From assembly GCA_951406725.2 (NCBI GenBank), contig OX597818.1:42532001-42596000 (forward strand): a DNA stretch of 64,000 nt. Direction: 5' to 3'. The position numbers and the translations under genes are program-made. Below the pieces are notes generated by a model. That model was not told the DNA's origin and did not search any database. It saw nothing but the letters and a program-made list of their open reading frames with translations. Position 1 is the stretch's first letter. Every line of letters begins with the position of its first letter. The stretch comes from Octopus vulgaris. Lineage: Eukaryota. Below, piece by piece: positions 50,459 through 63,529 of the stretch.

Positions 50459-51612
50459 CATTCAGACATGACTGAGGTAAACAGACAACCTTATAATCAT
50501 TAAAATTTATTTAAATCTGAAATTATGCATTCAAATTATTCATTTATTATTATAATGCGAACATCAAATATTTGGCAGGCATGCCCTTTGCAATTTTCAA
50601 TGTAAGGACCCTATTGGGCTTGCTGTTGATCAGATGACAAGTTTCATGCAGCAATCTCGAAAGATCTAGCTTTGAGGATGCTTTCTTGTTATTCTCATGA
50701 AGTGTCCTGCCCATAATCTGGTGACTGGCTTGGCCATGGAAGCTTTTTAATGCCATTCTCTTCCAACCAATCTTGGGTCTTTTTAGCCTTGTGACAAGGA
50801 GCTCCATCTTCCATAAATAAAGTTTTAATCATTTCACCACTGGAGAAGATTGGAAGGGATTGGAAGGATTCCTTTCTGCATTATGGACATATATTTATTT
50901 GAGTTTACATTTCCCTCACACTGCATGGCTCCAAATTACTCCCCAGACCATCACAGAATAGCTGCCATATCTCATTGTTGGCTGCAATCTTTTCCTGTCA
51001 AATTCTTGATCACAGAGTTTCCAGACCCAAACTCAACCACTGTCAGAAAATACAACAAATCTGGACTCATCAGAGAATATGACTGTCCCAAAATGCTAGT
51101 GGCCTCTCCACCATCTCACTGGCCCAATCCTTTCTCTGCTTGATATTGGCTGGTCAAAGAAGTAGCTTCCTTCTTGCTCCTCTGTCATAATAACCAAGTT
51201 TGTGGAGATACCTGACAGCTGTTCTGAGACTGATGTCAACTTGTTCTGCTATGTCAGAGACCTTGCAATGAGGATTATCCTCCACACTTCTCTTAACAAA
51301 TCAAAGGGTTATGTCAAAGGGCCCTGGTCAACCTGGGTGAGGTGATGTGGACTCCTTCCCCTCTCTGGAGAATGGCACAATGGCTTTATCAACTGTAGAA
51401 AGTGCAATCCCTAGGTTTTCTGTGATTTTACACTAAGTCCATTTTCGTATTGACCCACAATATAGCATGTTTGAAATTAAGACAGTTCTAAGGCTTCTTT
51501 TGTACGTGGAATGATTAACAGTCAATTAATAAAAAATATAAACCTTTTCAAGTTAAAAGAAACATAAAATGAGGTTTTATGGGGTGCCTATTTACTTCTG
51601 CCATGTCTATGC
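50459..51612 (-). mobile_element. Decayed Tc1-like transposon
   Basis: Frameshifted SDESRF, SVMVWG and LPWPSQSPD motifs; imperfect TIRs AGACATG..GTAAA at both ends. Confidence 0.78.
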
Positions 51613-51784
51613 ATATATATATATATATATATACGTCTGTGCATATATATATATACATATATTCAGAACTATTTTTGGAATGATCAACAAAATATATGAC
51701 CACTTTAGATTTACTATCATTTCATGTGTTATTTTAGCTAATCTGAAATTAGTAGTCGGTGGAGCCTAGTTTTGACTATGTTAA

Positions 51785-52066
51785 CCCTTTTATTACCACA
51801 TTTTTATTTAAATATGCAGTCTTCATTTTTATTTATTTTGAAAATAATTTATTTATTTTTATTTATTTTGAAAATAATTTATTTATTTTTATTTATTTTG
51901 AAAATAACAAAGAATTCATTTAAATAACTTTGTCATTATTAAACTGGTTTTTGAAACATAAAGTAACATGAAATTCTGATCGAAGGTTTTAATTAAAATC
52001 ATTTCAAAACAGGGAGTTTGTTTCACAGAGCCAGTGGTGGTTTCAGTCAGCTTGGTCTCAAAAGGA
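51785..52066. mobile_element. piggyBac-like MITE (family of 6322-6541), diverged
   Basis: TTAA|CCCTTT ... AAAGGA|TTAA; internal 30-bp tandem duplication. Confidence 0.6.
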
Positions 52067-52434
52067 TTAAGCAAGTGAAAATTTGTGCAAAATCACTGGC
52101 TTTTGCTTGACTCATTCACTTTCACACCAGACAAGTCAATCTTTCTCACACCAGCGACTATGGTTATGCTATCTTAGTCAATGTCCTTTGATTAGTAATT
52201 AGCCTCAACAAGATAACCTCTGACAGTTTAAAAACATACGTTATATTTATTTGTTTGTTTGTTTACTTATTTTCCTTTTTTCTCTTTACAGCTTGCTATA
52301 ACCTGACTATGCACTTTTGACCCTACAAATTATTTCATCAACACAAAAACATGAAAATATTTATGTCCATTTTCCATAACACATCTGTACAACTTAAATG
52401 AATTTTCTAATTGCTATATTAATGTACATAAATA

Positions 52435-52772
52435 TTTCGTTTTGGGATTTGGTTTGCAAGATTTTTTATATGAGTTCGTGTGTTGAAGCATATTCTGTTG
52501 TGTCTGGGGAGAGTCATTTTCTTTTTGTGCCTTATAATGTAACACACTCACCAGTAAAATTTCCACTTATTTCTTATTTTTATTTTCCTAAAATTTTCAT
52601 TGCATCTTGCAACCTTTTCAAGACTATTGAGAGCCAAGACTATTGAAAAAGTTGCAAGACGCAACGAAAATTTTAGGAAAATAAAAATAAGAAATAAGTG
52701 GAAATTTTGCCGGTGAGTGTGTTACATTATAAGGCACAAAAAGAAAATGACTCTCCCCAGACTCAACAGAAT
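52435..52772. mobile_element. Fold-back insertion with 130-bp inverted arms (52492-52621 / 52643-52772) and a 14-bp flanking direct repeat
   Basis: Near-perfect inverted arms; AATGTACATAAATA at 52421 and 52770. Confidence 0.8.
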
Positions 52773-53802
52773 GTACATAAATACATTTATGTGAAATTTG
52801 ACTTGATTATTGCAAATTAAGATCTGAAATTTTCTATACTGCCATTCTGTTCTGTCATAATTGGTATTTTCAATTCACAGCTGCATAATTATTTTATTGT
52901 GTTATTCTACTATTTTCCAATATACAAAGCTTGATCACTTCAGAAGAAGGAGTCCTTCTTTGTCTCTGGTCAGTCATGGCCATATAGGTCCCAGGTAACA
53001 GGTGAAATCATCTCATCATCTTGCCTTTGGTTGGCCTCTTGTCCATTGTCTTGATGCCCATTCCATTACCATGATTGTTCATCTGTTGTCCTTCAGTCAC
53101 ACAATATGACCATCCTATCTATATTTGTTCTCCTTGTTGGTTTTTATGATGTCATTGACTCTCATGTGCTACTGAATCAAGGCATTCTATTAATCATATC
53201 TAAAGAGATCTATTTTTGTTAATGTATATAAATTAAAAGAAAAAATTGTATATGACCGATAATTGTTTCTATCTCTTTGCAGTTAACTTTAAAATACAAA
53301 AGAATGTGAAGTAATTTCATTGCACACTGATGACTCTGTGACTAGCTTCACCAAATAAATCTGTTGAAAAGGAATGATTCCAAATTTGTTAATGTTCAAC
53401 GCATGGCTATAGTTTGCACTTCCATACACACATACATACATACATACATACATACATACATACAAACATACATACATACATACATACATATTTATGTAAA
53501 TGTAGGGATTTACATTTACATGATAAAACTCAGAGTTTTATCATGGCTACCAAATAATTGTCACATATTACATTTACAGATAAATTCCTCTATTTACATA
53601 ATATCAAGGTTTCTTTCATTCTTTTGTTGTCTTACCATTTTTATATGTATATAATTAAGAGAAATAACCTCAATTAAGTAATTCAATTGATAGTGAAAGA
53701 TATTATCTATATTAAAACATATAGGAAAAATTTAAATATATTATAATAAATATTATTCTAAAAATCACTAAATTAAATAAAAATTAAATAAACATACATA
53801 CA

Positions 53803-54877
53803 CAGTTGCGACCAAAATGTTCAGAACAGCATTGTTTTCGTCAGAATAGTAAGTATAAGTTTTTATCAAAGTAGTTTTATATTCTATAATTTTCACAGAC
53901 AATAAATACAATATTAATTGTTATTGTCTGAGATGTTGGTGTAATTTGAGAGGATAATACAAAAGTTATGGATGATTTAGTGATTTACTGCAAAACCCAT
54001 GGTGGCCAAAATGATCAGAACGGTTGAAAAAATAACAAAATAATAAAAAATGACAGAGAATACTGGAATTATTTAATATTTAATGTGAAGCCCTTTAGCT
54101 TCAATCACACTCTGACATCTTCGACTGCATGAGGAAATTAAATTTTCAATTTCTTGCTGGGTGATCTTATCCCATTCTTCCTGATGGGCATTCCATAATG
54201 GCTCAGTTGTTTTAGGATTTCTGGCTTTCGAACGTTCTCCTAGAATATTCCATACATTTTCAATAGGATTGAGATCTGGGCTTTGAGCAGGCCAATCCAT
54301 AACAATAACCTTTTCAGCCTTGAGGAAGTTCATGACCACCTTAGCCTTGTGACATGGGGCATTGTCCTGCATGAATATGGGTGGTCGCTTAATTGAATTT
54401 CTCAGCACAGGCAAGACATGATCTTTTACAAGTTGTTTATAAACTCCTGCATTTACCTTTCCATGTAATTGCACCAAAGGGCCCATACCATCTCCAGATA
54501 TCATCCCCCAAACCATGACACTTCCTCCACCGAATTTAACACTAGTCTTAAGGCATTTAGGCAACAATTTTTCACCTACTTTTCGACGAACATACCTTTT
54601 CCCATCTGAGCCAAATAACATAAACTTAGATTCATCACTGAAATGCACCATTTGCCATTTTTCTTGAGACCACAACACATGTTCGGTTGCAAAGGTAAGA
54701 CGACACTTTTTATTCTTGGAGCTGATCAGTGGCTTCACTGCAGGTGCTCTTGCTTGTAGGTCATGTTCAACTAAATGACGAGACACAGTTTTCGAGATAA
54801 AGTTTTCTTCAATACAATGCTCATTTTCTGAGAAACAGCAGCAGCAGTTTTAAATCTGTTTAAATCAACAGTTTTAA
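53803..54877 (-). mobile_element. Tc1 transposon of IR/DR type, 5' part lost
   Basis: CAGT end; direct repeat CCAAAATG(T/A)TCAGAAC at ~53812 and ~54006. Confidence 0.88.
54073..54786 (-). CDS. Tc1 transposase catalytic region (DD34E), N-terminally truncated
   Basis: FSDESKF, VMVWG, QDNAPCH, WPAQSPDLNPIENVW; 34 residues between D and E. Confidence 0.92.
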   Translation of the reverse strand: MSRHLVEHDLQARAPAVKPLISSKNKKCRLTFATEHVLWSQEKWQMVHFSDESKFMLFGSDGKRYVRRKVGEKLLPKCLKTSVKFGGGSVMVWGMISGDGMGPLVQLHGKVNAGVYKQLVKDHVLPVLRNSIKRPPIFMQDNAPCHKAKVVMNFLKAEKVIVMDWPAQSPDLNPIENVWNILGERSKARNPKTTEPLWNAHQEEWDKITQQEIENLISSCSRRCQSVIEAKGLHIKY

Positions 54878-55260
54878 ATCATCATCATCATCATCATCAT
54901 CGTTTAGCGTCCGTTTTCCATGCTAGCATGGGTTGGACGGTTCTACTGGGGTCTGTGAAGCCAGAAGGCTTCATCAGGCCCAGTCAAATCTGGCAGTGTT
55001 TCTACGGCTGGATGCCCTTCCTAACGCCAACCACTCCGAGAGTGTAGTGGGTGCTTTTTACATGCCACCCACACAGGTGCCAGACAGAGCTGGCAAACGG
55101 CCACGAACGGATGGTGCTTTTTATGTGCCACCGGCACGAGGGCCAGGCGAGGCTGGCAACAGACACGAAACGGGGCGGTGCTGGCAACGGTCGCGAAACA
55201 GAAGGTTCTCTTGCATGCCACCGGCACTGGTAACACATCTGCAATTTCCATTGATCGGAT
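54878..55260 (-). mobile_element. RTE LINE 3' UTR fragment
   Basis: Near-identical to 1703-2010. Confidence 0.9.
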
Positions 55261-56544
55261 ATGTATATATATTTTTGTGTATATGAGTTTTTTTATATAT
55301 GTACTTATAAGTGTGTATATATCTTTACTTTTACATTTGCCCACATTCAAACATATATATATAGACTACACGGAGACATACATTCACACACACACACAAG
55401 CATATATGCATGTCTCCACTTAATCTTATACATGGATATATGAGTACATGATTGTGTGAGTATGGGTGTGATTTACTCGTATTTTTTAGTATTTTCTTAC
55501 CTCTGGGTATTTATTCTTATGTAGGTTTATATATGGTTTTGGTTTCACTAAAATTTGTAAGGGACCATGTGATGTGAGGTGAAGAGAATGGCTCTTTGTA
55601 CCACATCAAACAGCCATTGAAATATTAGAGAAAATTAATAGAACCATTTGCTTGCAAAAGGAGACACAACCGCGTAGAATGATTAAGAGAGCATTTATTG
55701 ATATGTTAACATGCGTGTCTGTGGGTGTGTCATGTATACAGAATAATAGACAGGCTGTTATGAGAACAAAGTGTATGTGTGTGTAAGCATAGATGTATGT
55801 GCATGTTAAGAACATTTAAGGACGGCAATGAAGAAGGCGACAGTAAAAGAGTCTATAGTCATTGAAGTGAGAAGTAAGTTCATAGACACAAGAAAGATGA
55901 ATAATACCAGTTCATAGTCAATAGTACAGGGTAGCTGAAATACTGTATCAAGAAGTCGTGGCCATGATGCTGAGAAGGTTACAGGCACATGTCATACGTG
56001 AAGTCGTGGCTGTGATGCTGCTGCCTGGGTCACTTGTACAGGAGTTCATACAGGTTGTATATTCGCTGTTGACCTGTGGTGAAGTAATTCACAAACAGAG
56101 AAGTGTTGGAACCTGGGTGAATTGTTTGCTGAGCTATGTATGTAGAGAGATGATGCTGACAACATTAAGGACATGATGGTGGTGATGAAGATGGAGGTTG
56201 CTGTTATGCTGTTGGACAAAGTTGGTAAGTCTCAACACTTGGTGGAGGTGTTGTCTGGCATTGTCGCTGGAACTGACTGTGTCTTTGTGGTCAGTGGCTA
56301 GACCTTAAAAGGTCTGGAACAAAGACCTTGAAATGAGGAGAAGCTGGTTTTTTAGGCTCAGAATAGGGTAGGGAACAGGTTGTCCCACGGGATCGTATTT
56401 AGGGACTCTGACTGGTTATACACAGCAAGTTGGCACAACAGAGTAAGAGATAACTTGCACCAATACCAACCAATCAGAGCAGTGGATACAACTGGATCCA
56501 AATAGCGGCCAAAGGCTAGCTGTTCCCTGCTACATTCGAATGCA

Positions 56545-57150
56545 CATCATCATCATCATCATCGTTTAACATCCGATTTGACTGAGATCTGGTGAACCAG
56601 ATGGCTGCACCAGACTCCATTCTGATCTGGCAGAGTTTCTACGGCTGGATGCCCTTCCTAACGCCAACCACTCCGAGAGAGTAGTGGGCGATTTTACGTG
56701 CCACCGGCACGAGGGCTAGTCAGGCGGTACTGGCAATGGCCACGCTCAAATGGTGCTTTTTATGTGTCACCTGCACAGGAGCCAGTTCAGCGGCACTGGC
56801 AATGACCTCACTCAAATGTTTTTTTCACATGCCACTGGCACAAGTGCCAGTAAGGCGACGCTGGAAACGATCACACTCGAATGGTGCTTTTTATGTGCCA
56901 CCGGCACGGAAGCCAGTTTGCTGCACTGGCAACGATCACGCTCGTATGGTACTCTTAGTGCTCCACTAGCACGGATGCCAGTCATCGAATTTGATTTCGA
57001 TTTCAATTTCAATTGCCTCAACAGGTCTTCGCAAGCAGAGTTTAGTGTCCTATGAAGGAAAGGTATGCATAAGTGGGCTGGTTACACCCTTGGCATAGGC
57101 CACAAGATTATAGTCTCATTTGAGCTTGCCGAGTCTTCTCAAGCACAGTA
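56545..57150 (-). mobile_element. RTE LINE 3' UTR fragment
   Basis: Five GTGCC/GGCAC-type units; (CAT)n at 56545. Confidence 0.88.
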
Positions 57151-57572
57151 TATTTTATATAATAAATGGGAGGGAGGAATTTCACCCAAGTCTATGCTAC
57201 AAATTCAGTGGATTACAAAGCATCTTGAGGTGTGGTTAGAAAATGTCAAGAATAAGAGATAAATAAGCTTTTATGCATGTAACAATTTAACCCACATTGA
57301 ATCTTCTTTATTTATAATTTTTTAAAGCTATTTATTTTTTATATTTACTTTAACTGCTTTACTTATTTTTATCCCTGAACTTCTATCTAATTGAGAGGAA
57401 ACAACATATTTTTATTTTCACTGACCAAACCAAACTAACTTCAGGCTTCCATACATTGTACATGTAAAGAGAAAATTTAGTATGTATACTTAGAATTGAA
57501 TTGTTGGTGTAACCATGATGTTCTGCTGATTTGATGAGCTAACTTTCTTTATTTGCATTGATTTGTGAATAT

Positions 57573-57985
57573 AGGTGCAGGAGTGGCTGTGTGGTAAGTA
57601 GCTTGCTTACCAACCACATGGTTCCGGGTTCAGTCCCAGTGCGTGGCATCTTGGGCAAGTGTCTCCTACTATAGCCTCGGGCCGACCAATGCCTTGTGAG
57701 TGGATTTGGTAGATGGAAACTGAAAGAAGCCTGTTGTATATATGTATATATATATGTATTTGTGTGTATGTTTGTGTGTCTGTCTTTGTCCCTCTAGCAT
57801 TGCTTGACAACCGATGCTGGTGTGTTTACGTCCCCGTCACTTAGCGGTTCGGCAAAAGAGACCGATAGAATAAGTACTGGGCTTACAAAGAATAAGTCCC
57901 GGGGTCGATTTGCTCGACTAAAGGCGGTGTTCCAGCATGGCCACAGTCAAATGACTGAAACAAGTAAAAGAGTAAAAGAGTAAAA
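57573..57985 (+). mobile_element. SINE family B, full length
   Basis: Complete head to tail. Confidence 0.93.
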
Positions 57986-58027
57986 ATGCTATGCATTTGT
58001 ATTTGTATAATGCATAGCATGCATATT

Positions 58028-58288
58028 GTGGAGGTACGTGGCTTAGTGGTTAGGGGGTCAGCATCATGATCGTAAGATTGTGGTTTTGATTCCTGAACCG
58101 AGCAACGCGTTGTGTTCTTGAGCAAAACGCTTCATTTCATGTTGTTCCAGTCCACTCAGCTGGCAAAAATGAGTAGCGCTGCAATGGACTGGCGTCCCGA
58201 CCAGCTGGGGAACGCATACGCCATTGAAACCAGGAAACCAGGCCCATAAGCCTGGTTAGGCTTTAAAAGAGCGCATTTATTTTTATTT
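58028..58288 (+). mobile_element. SINE family D variant with a different 3' tail
   Basis: A box TGGCTTAGTGG and TTGTGTTCTTGAGCAAAAC core shared with 23492, diverging after AAATGAGT. Confidence 0.8.
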
Positions 58289-58296
58289 TATAGCAT

Positions 58297-58543
58297 GCTG
58301 GTGTGTTTACGTCCCCGTATTTGTGTGTATGTTTGTGTGTCTGTCTTTGTCCCCCTAGCATTGCTTGACAACCGATGCTGGTGAGTTTACGTCCCCGTCA
58401 CTTAGCGGTTCGGCAAAATAGACCGATAGAATAAGTACTGGGCTTACAAAGAATAAGTCCCGGGGTCGAGTTGCTCGACTAAAGGCGGTGCTCCAGCATG
58501 GCCGCAGTCAAATGACTGAAACAAGTAAAAGAGTAAAAGAGAG
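58297..58543 (+). mobile_element. SINE family B, 3' half
   Basis: Closely matches 57756-57985. Confidence 0.88.
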
Positions 58544-58849
58544 TATGCATATTAATGCAAACACATAAACATTTTATTCCACTCTGAAATTATCATTACA
58601 TGAAGAAGGCCATAATCCCAAGAATGTCAACTGGTTAAATAAATATATTTATTTCTCATATCTCTTGACTTTTTATAATCATCATGAAGTAATTTCATTG
58701 AGTGAATCTTCTGGATTTCAGCTGCATGAACACTCTGCATTGCACTTCTTTGTATTCAATTACTATGGGGTTTCATAGCTGAGTCTGTTGGAGGAGTTTT
58801 CTGTGATAGCCACATGATTCTCAGAATCTTATACTACAAAAATCTAATA

Positions 58850-59012
58850 TCGGAGTGGTTGGCGTTAGGAAGGGCATCCAGCTGTAGAAACACTGCCATA
58901 TCTGACTGGCCTGGTGCAGCCTTCGGGCTTGCCAGACCCCAGTTGAACCGTCTAACCCATGCTAGCATGGAAAGCGGACGTTAAACGATGATGATGATGA
59001 TGATGATGATGA
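58850..59012 (+). mobile_element. RTE LINE extreme 3' end
   Basis: Matches 37050-37215. Confidence 0.9.
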
Positions 59013-59149
59013 ATAATATGCTATATGTATGTCATTATAATTATCAGCTTAATAAATAAATAAGTTAACATTTTTAATGTCCTAAAGTTAATGAACCAAC
59101 TATTGTTCTCCTCCATTTTCTTATTTGCTAGATAAATATATATATATTA

Positions 59150-59568
59150 TAGGCACAGGAGTGGCTGTGTGGTAAGTAGCTTGCTTACCAACCACATGGT
59201 TCTGGGTTCAGTCCCGGTGCGTGGCACCTTGGGCAAGTGTCTTCTACTATAGCCTCAGGCAGACTAAAGCCTTGTGAGTGGGTTTGGTAGATGGAAACTG
59301 AAAGAAGCCTGTCATATATATGTATATGTATATGTATGTATGTATGTGTGTGTATATATGTTTGTGTGTTCATGTTTGCCCCCCCCCCCCCAACATCGCT
59401 TGACAACTGATGCTGGTGTGTTTAGGCTCCCCGTAACTTAGCGGTTCAGCAAAAGAGACCGATAGAATAAGTACTAGGCTTACAAAGAATAAGTCCTGGG
59501 GTGGATTTGATTCAACTAAAGGCGGTGCTCCAGCATGACTGAAACAAGTAAAAGTAAAAGTATAAAAG
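59150..59568 (+). mobile_element. SINE family B
   Basis: Matches family B. Confidence 0.9.
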
Positions 59569-60980
59569 AAGATAGATAGATAGAAAGAGAGGGGGGAGAG
59601 GTGAGAAAGAGAGAGACACACAGACAGTTGGAGAGAAGAAGCGAATTCCTACGCAGGAAAAAATATCGGAGAATTTGTTTTGGAGTTTGAAAATGCACCT
59701 GAATCTCAAAAATATGTAGTTGCTTTTAAATTTTGTAATGGATTTAATCAAATGTCAAACCGGTTTTGACAATTCATTGCTTATCAATTGTAAAAACAAA
59801 TAAAAAGTTTAGGAGAGTCTAATAGTGCAAGGTAAAATTCCCAGATGTCTCAAATGTGGAATATTAATGAGTGTATTGAGTAACACCTAATATTAATGAC
59901 TAAAGAAGTTGATCTGCTACAGGCTTCATTTATGGCTTCACTTTTGTAGACTTTTAGAAGTTCGTAAAAGTTGCTGGTTTTGCAATCAAATCTTTTTAAG
60001 TAATCCCTTTCCTTTTCTGTTAAATCTTGTTAGAATCAGAAATATTAAATTTCTAAATATCTCATAGAGATATGTATTGTGGTGCAGCGATAGAATGGTT
60101 GTATACTGTCAATTTAACATGACAGTAGGGGATTACACCACCGCTGTTTAGCCCTAGGAAGCATCGATGCTTCCTGTCGGCTTCGACACATTTCCTGTGT
60201 CCTTATATATTTATGAACGGGAGACAAATACCCCCAACAGCTAGGCCTGCATCTAGAGACAACAAATCTCTAAAAAGGTTATTTACCAGTGCCAAATTAC
60301 CCACCAAATATAGAACTCCACTTGTCAAAAATGCAACCACCCTAGCTGCAGGACCTGCATCAGCCGTTCAAGAATTTGGACCTGGAGATCTCCATTTCCA
60401 GCGACTTCGAGGGCCACCTCCCAGTGGTGTTGGGCGTCAACGAAGAGCCCTCAACTACAACAAGACGACCAAAGTTTTTTATTTTCCCCCAAGGTCTGGG
60501 GTCTCCCGACCCTAAGCCCTAGACCATCACCTAATCACCCTTACCCATCTTCTTGCTTAACAACAACTAGGACCTGCATCAACTTTATAGAAGTTTCAAC
60601 ATACAAATTCAAGATATGAAAACAAGATGTTAATGGTTTGCTAAGTTTCTAGTGGTTTACTTTTAAATTCTGACAAGAAATATTCTAAAAGGCTACCCCA
60701 TATTATAATGAGGCCCAACAGGATATCGGCTTTACTGATAAAATCTTCTATAATCGTGTTATAGAAGGATTCTGACCAGCCGCCAAGTGACTAAAGGAGG
60801 ACTGACTCATTGTTATAAATTAAAGAGCTGTGAGTGATTGGCAGTTCAGATTGATATGCAGTTCACCGTGAGCCATGATTGAGAGCATTGAGACTTGTGT
60901 AATAGTAATGGTAGGGTGTCATGTACATACTTTCTTTCCTCTGCTTCATTAAATAATATGTCCATTAAAGGATATGAAAG

Positions 60981-61685
60981 TGGCGACAAGTTGTTTGAAG
61001 CTTGCATTGGATGTTTAAATTTGGGAGTGGGGAGCAAAACCAAAGAAAAAATTGTATTAACATGTAAGATTTATTGGCTTCCATTGTGCAGTTGCAACAG
61101 CAACAGCAACAACAACAGCTACTACAGCAACAATTGCAGCAGTAGCAGCAGCAGCAACAACAACAAAACCAACAGTTGCTGGAATTAATGTTGAAGAAGT
61201 CTGAAAATACTTCAGGTTCTTACTTGCCAGACAGCATGGCAAACTCAACTGAATTCTTCAGCTTTAATCCAGAAGAAGGGATTACCTTCTCTGCATATTT
61301 TCAAAGATATGAAGAAATCTTCAAAGAAGAGTGTAAAAGTTGGTCCGACAAGAAAAAAGTACGACTACTTTTCAGAAAGTTATTCCCTGCTGAACACGAA
61401 AAATATAGTAATTATATTCTGCCAAAGAAGCCGGGTGAGATTTGTTTCAATGAAACAATTAATTTTTTATCAAAAATTCTCAGTGAAAGTAGTTCCCTGT
61501 TCAATACTCGCTGGAAATGTTTAAATTTGGTCAAAAAAGATTAAGAAGATTTCGTCACCTATGCCAGAATGGTTAATAGAGAGAGTGAGAAATTCTAATT
61601 GAATGAGTTGACCCTTGACATAAGGGCTTTCTGCAAGCAAAGATGCAGTTATATGTTTTTGGATATTTACAAAATTAGAACAGAA
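60981..61685 (+). mobile_element. Ty3/Gypsy (Mag / K02A2.6-like) 5' relic: PBS-like site and gag
   Basis: TGGCGACAAG at 60981; CAA/CAG tract, then FSFNPEEGITFSAYFQRYEEIF...KKVRLLFRKL..AEHEKY.NYILPK...SLFNTRWKCL. Confidence 0.78.
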
Positions 61686-61687
61686 CC

Positions 61688-62055
61688 GTACTTATTTTAT
61701 CAACCCTGAAAGGATGAAAGGTGAAATCAACCTCAGCAGAATTTGAACTCAGAATGTAAAGATAGATGAAATACCACTAAGCATTTTGTTCTACATTTTA
61801 ACAGTTCTGCCCAGTCTCCACCCTGAATATAGTATTAACATTATTTAGTTAGCTAAGGCAGAAACATTTGTGCACTGGACAAAATGCTTAGCAGCATTTC
61901 ATCTCTCTTTTCTGAATTCAAATTCTGCTGAGGTCAGCTTTACCTTTCACACTTCCAGGGTCAATAAAACAAGTAACAGTCGAACGCTGGAACTGATGTA
62001 ACTAACTTACCCTCTCTCCAAAAATTACTGGTCTTGTGCCAAAATTTGGAACCAA
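61688..62055. mobile_element. Two divergently oriented SINE family A copies (61688-61824 minus, 61852-62055 plus)
   Basis: Family A motifs in opposite orientations. Confidence 0.8.
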
Positions 62056-62629
62056 TATTATTTAGTTAGCTGCACTTTTATGTGTGTGGTGAAATCTCAA
62101 TCAATCGGTTCTCATATTTGCTCTAATTCAGAGAGCAACAATCTTTTAAGCTGTGTGGTTTGTTATATTTTCAGCAATCTGTTTACACTAGTCACCTTCT
62201 AGTGACACATCTCCTCTCCCACAGAATGTTAGTCACAGTCTAATGGTTAAAAAGAACATATCCTATTTTCCTATTTCTTTAGAGAGATCACCATGCATGT
62301 AAGTCGCAGTTAGCTGACTTTACTTCTATAAGCTAGCTTATAGGTAATGGGCTGTGATTGTGAGAAAGTTAACTAAAAATTATATGTTATTGAAGCATCT
62401 GAAGTGGAACAGCTCACTATAAACAAAAAGAACTCTGAGAAGCTTGAGATGCTGAGTTCTAATCCATAGTGAGTATAGCTTACAGAATGGGTTGAATTAG
62501 ATACTCTGGATACACTTCATGGAGGAAAAAAGCTTTAGATGTACTCTGATAATACAATTGATTATGAAATTCCTAAAACTTACCTGCTTACTTGTTTTTT
62601 TTTTTATATCGCAAATTTCTATAAGCATA

Positions 62630-62780
62630 GCTGTGTAGTAAGAAGTTTGCTTCCCAACCACATGGTTCCGGGTTCAGTCCCACTGCATGGCATCTTAGGC
62701 AGGTATCTTCTACTATAGCCTCAAGCCAAACAAAGCCTTATGAGTGGCTTTGGTAGACAAAAACTGAAAGAAGCTTGTCA
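62630..62780 (+). mobile_element. SINE family B, 5' half
   Basis: Head and core present. Confidence 0.85.
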
Positions 62781-62838
62781 TTTATGTACATGTGCACACG
62801 AACATCCACCCACACATAGATATATATGTATATAAGCT

Positions 62839-62839
<1 letters not shown>

Positions 62840-62876
<37 letters not shown>

Positions 62877-63245
62877 AATTATTGTATACAGTGCTCAGGT
62901 GCACCACAACTTGTCAGAGGTGTAGTGTTGGCGAATCTCAGAAAGCATGGAAGTTTTGAAGGATGCAGTGCTCTGACAACTAACAACTGATGCCGGCAGT
63001 CTATTCCATACTTCATCAACTCTTAGCGAGAAAAAATGTTTCTGAAAGTCATGGGAGCTGTGCTGTTTTCTGACTTTGTAAACATGTCCACGGGTGTTAG
63101 ACAGGTGGAGTTTGAAAAGGTGCTCAGAGTTATTGTTTGTAAGATGGTTAATAATTTTATGGGTGTCTGCCTAGTCAGCTGCCAGACGTTGGAATTTCAA
63201 TGTGCCCATGCCCAGGGAAGTAAGGCATTCAGAATATGGCAAATT
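62840..63245 (-). mobile_element. CR1 LINE 3' fragment with (ATT)n tail
   Basis: Reverse complement of the 31628-31942 family (SNTRGHVYKVRKQHSSHDFQKHFFSLRV). Confidence 0.82.
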
Positions 63246-63529
63246 GATTTACTCCTTTCAATTTCAAATTTTATATATAGCTTCTTTAGTTCAAACCGAA
63301 CAATTCTTCACCTGGAAGAGACACCTTACATGTGGTCGCAAAAATTGCTAGAAAAAAGCAGCAAAATCTATTCAGATTATATTTACCAGCTCAAAAACAA
63401 AAAAGTATACATTGGATGATTCAACCATAGATAAATAAACTAGGATAGTCACAACATGAATGCCTTTGATTAGAAAGTCTGCTTCGTTAAATCGGTCATG
63501 AAAGTAAACAACGTATGACTTCTCAATGG

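Noticed and set aside
62482-62596. Cadherin-like IDYE...TYLL peptide
   Set aside because: In-frame stop immediately upstream and too short to support
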